This document shows positions 61,700-64,000 of a stretch of 64,000 bases of DNA, in pieces. Source of the DNA: Takakia lepidozioides. Taxonomy: Eukaryota > Plantae > Bryophyta. The position numbers were made by a program, and so were the translations under genes. The stretch is from contig CM060733.1 in assembly GCA_030704615.1 (NCBI GenBank), positions 5,270,001 through 5,334,000 of the forward strand, given 5' to 3'. Numbering within the stretch: position 1 is the stretch's first letter; every line of letters begins with the position of its first letter. The notes below the pieces were generated by a model that was given only the letters and a program-made list of their open reading frames with translations, was not told where the DNA came from and searched no databases.

Positions 61700-63400
61700 A
61701 CATGTCAATTCAAAACCAACGATTAAAGATTAAGCACGACAGTAAGCAGACCACCTGACTACCAATGCTATGAAGTACCCGCCTTTCAGATGTTTCTTAG
61801 CACATATAGCCAGGTCAGAACTGTCCTACGCATGTCATTTGCCAGTAAGTATACTCCTAAAGATGTCCATGGTGAGTAGTGAGGCTGCCACCTTACCATA
61901 TGGTAATTTCTTGCTATTTTCAACCACATCTGGACAATCCTGCATCATCTGCCCAACTGGAGATCCTCCATTTGAACACAGCACACAGCTGATAGTGCCA
62001 CATATACAAGAAATGGGATGTGTCTTGTCTCCTCTGTTATTGGCAGCAACACTCCAACAAGATGTTGCCCAGCTTTTGATTAAGATATATTACAAGGAAA
62101 ATGCACGAAAAGGATAGCCCACCTGGGCTGAAACTTGAAACATGTCCATTCCAGAGGAAGCAGATGTAGAGTGGTGCAACTGAGTTGCAAGGGAAAAACT
62201 CATCGACACCCTCATGCTGTAGAACCAGTCTTCAAACACGGTACAAGCCAAGCTCCCTCACAGTGATGTAAGTTTCTTATCGTCAAAGATACAATACTGT
62301 CTTCTTTAACTTGCAGGTAGGTAGGTATGTGCCCAATGAACCCACAGATTCCAGCAACGGACCCAAGGGTACAGATCCAACATGAGTGATTCTTGGCCAG
62401 CCCTTGATGCCCACAACAAATATACTTGCTTGACTCTGTGCCACAACATACAGGGCCCTGGGGTCCCCTCCTTGATGCTCAGAACAAACCAATGAAACAT
62501 TATTGCTCCAATGCAATGTCAACTCCTTCCTCGAGGTCTCAGATCCTTCATATATGTGTGTGGACGTGTCTAACCTTTCTGGCACAACTACCATGTCTTC
62601 AAAATTGAGATTTCAAGAGTTTACAGGGCCTCTGTAAGGGTTGTCAGGGTGGCCCCATATAGTATGTTTGAGTTCATGACTGTCGACAAGGGCGTGCCCA
62701 AGATGGAGACGACCGGAGTTCAGCCAAGCAGTACTTTCTGGCAAAAGTATCTCATCTCTTTCTCCCTTGTTCTCCGATACCATAGACCATGGGGACCATG
62801 CAATTCGCACCTCTCTTAAATTACAGTGTCAGTCACTGTAGTGTCCGTACTGGTGCTGTGTGGCCTGCTGTTGTTGTTGTTGCTGCTGTGCCCAAGAGCG
62901 GGGATGTGCGTACTAGTTGCATGGTTGTGAATACATTGGGCCCATGATTCCCTGACATCATCAAATTTCCTGATTAGACATACTCAATAATGATTGGTAT
63001 GATTGATAGAATTGAGAGCAAGTATAAGAACAAGAAGTAAAGTCTTAGGCTAAAGCTAAAGCTCTCCACCCAACCATAGAAACCACTATCATACTCTTAC
63101 ACTTCGACTAGTGGCTTCACCCCGAGCTTATACAAAAGGTCTCTAGAAAGTTTAGATATCTTTATGATCTACTTGATAACTTCCATTTTCTACTATGGTG
63201 ACCATTCACCTTCTAATATTTGACCTTCCAACGGTGAGTTAAATGTTCCTCTTAGTCTTCTAGACCTTTGGCCTTCTAGACCTTATGTAAGAAAGAAGCG
63301 ATTTACATTCACAGATAGTTCAAGTGTGGAATAATATCTACAGGTAGAACTCATTCGGATCCATGATGCAGGACCCTATATAAACCTATTTCCTAAAGCC
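61700..63400 (-). mobile_element. Possible heavily decayed LINE relic
   Basis: Only weak fragments (HWFVLSIKEG.PGPCMLW; CVLC...MMQDCP resembling a zf-RVT finger) with many stops. Confidence 0.25.
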
Positions 63401-64000
63401 CCAGCGGATTTGAGAGTAGGAATTCATTCGGCTGTGTCAACAGCATCGACAAAAAAAATAGCTGACCTCGGAAAAAAGTACACTAAGGCCATTGGGACCC
63501 TATATAGGTTGTTGCATATCATGGTGTATGTACGTAACAAACAGCTCATCAAGCGTGGACAACTCGTCCATTGGGACATCCAAGCCCATCCACACCTCAC
63601 CCTCTGCAGGTAGTTGTAAGGCGGGCTCCTCCACCGCGGATTCAAGCCATACCGGTTGACTGATCGCCTCCGGGTCCATATCTGCAACTACGCCGCCCTC
63701 AATTTCAGATATCTTGTGGGGCTCCTCAGAAGTTGTCTCCTGAGATACAATAGTAATAGGGGCGAGCATCAGGTCAGTCACCAGCTCCCGGTACCTTGAT
63801 TGATGCTTTACTGCAAGTGACTTGAGCGTCCTTGTCTTGCGCACCACTCCCTTAGAACTTATGTTTCCACATGGACGACCACCAGCATCAAATAGTTCTC
63901 CTCTCTTCTTCTTCCAAGTAGAAGAGCATGAGAGCCTATTAGACCCAAATTTAGCCAGCAAGCCCATTCTCTTTCCCTTTCCCATAACTTCTTCTTGCCC

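Noticed and set aside
63500-63985. 161-aa ORF at the window edge
   Set aside because: No recognisable domain, followed by stop-riddled sequence and cut by the window edge; cannot be supported as a gene.

Overview
Eukaryotic nuclear DNA from a land plant, most likely a seed-free lineage (bryophyte or lycophyte; inferred from spliced plant-type genes, a PLS-class PPR relic and a GPR1/FUN34/YaaH gene). The layout has three parts. (1) 1-15.6 kb: RUNKEL/ULK4 kinase (-, running off the left edge) head-to-head with an NDUFAF6-like gene (+). (2) About 16-34 kb: a transposon island with tRNA-derived SINEs, a decayed CACTA-like transposase, a 7.7-kb Ty3/gypsy LTR element, two 3' fragments of RLE-type LINEs and an intact hAT MITE. 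(3) 35-64 kb: F-box/LRR, GPR1/FUN34/YaaH transporter, TOM1-like (VHS-GAT), EBP2, HemK/PrmC, a small plant protein, an inverted pseudo-copy of the last TOM1-like exon and a PPR relic. The two most unusual items are as follows. The gypsy element has an extra 5' ORF, a tRNA-Ala PBS, a UUUAAAC -1 frameshift signal and a degenerate dUTPase domain between protease and RT. A roughly 40-nt structured 3'-terminal motif (three-way junction, two GNRA hairpins, loop-E-like AGUA/GAA) is conserved with compensatory changes in three copies linked to the RLE LINEs. All exon boundaries and alignments were read by eye and no database searches were run.
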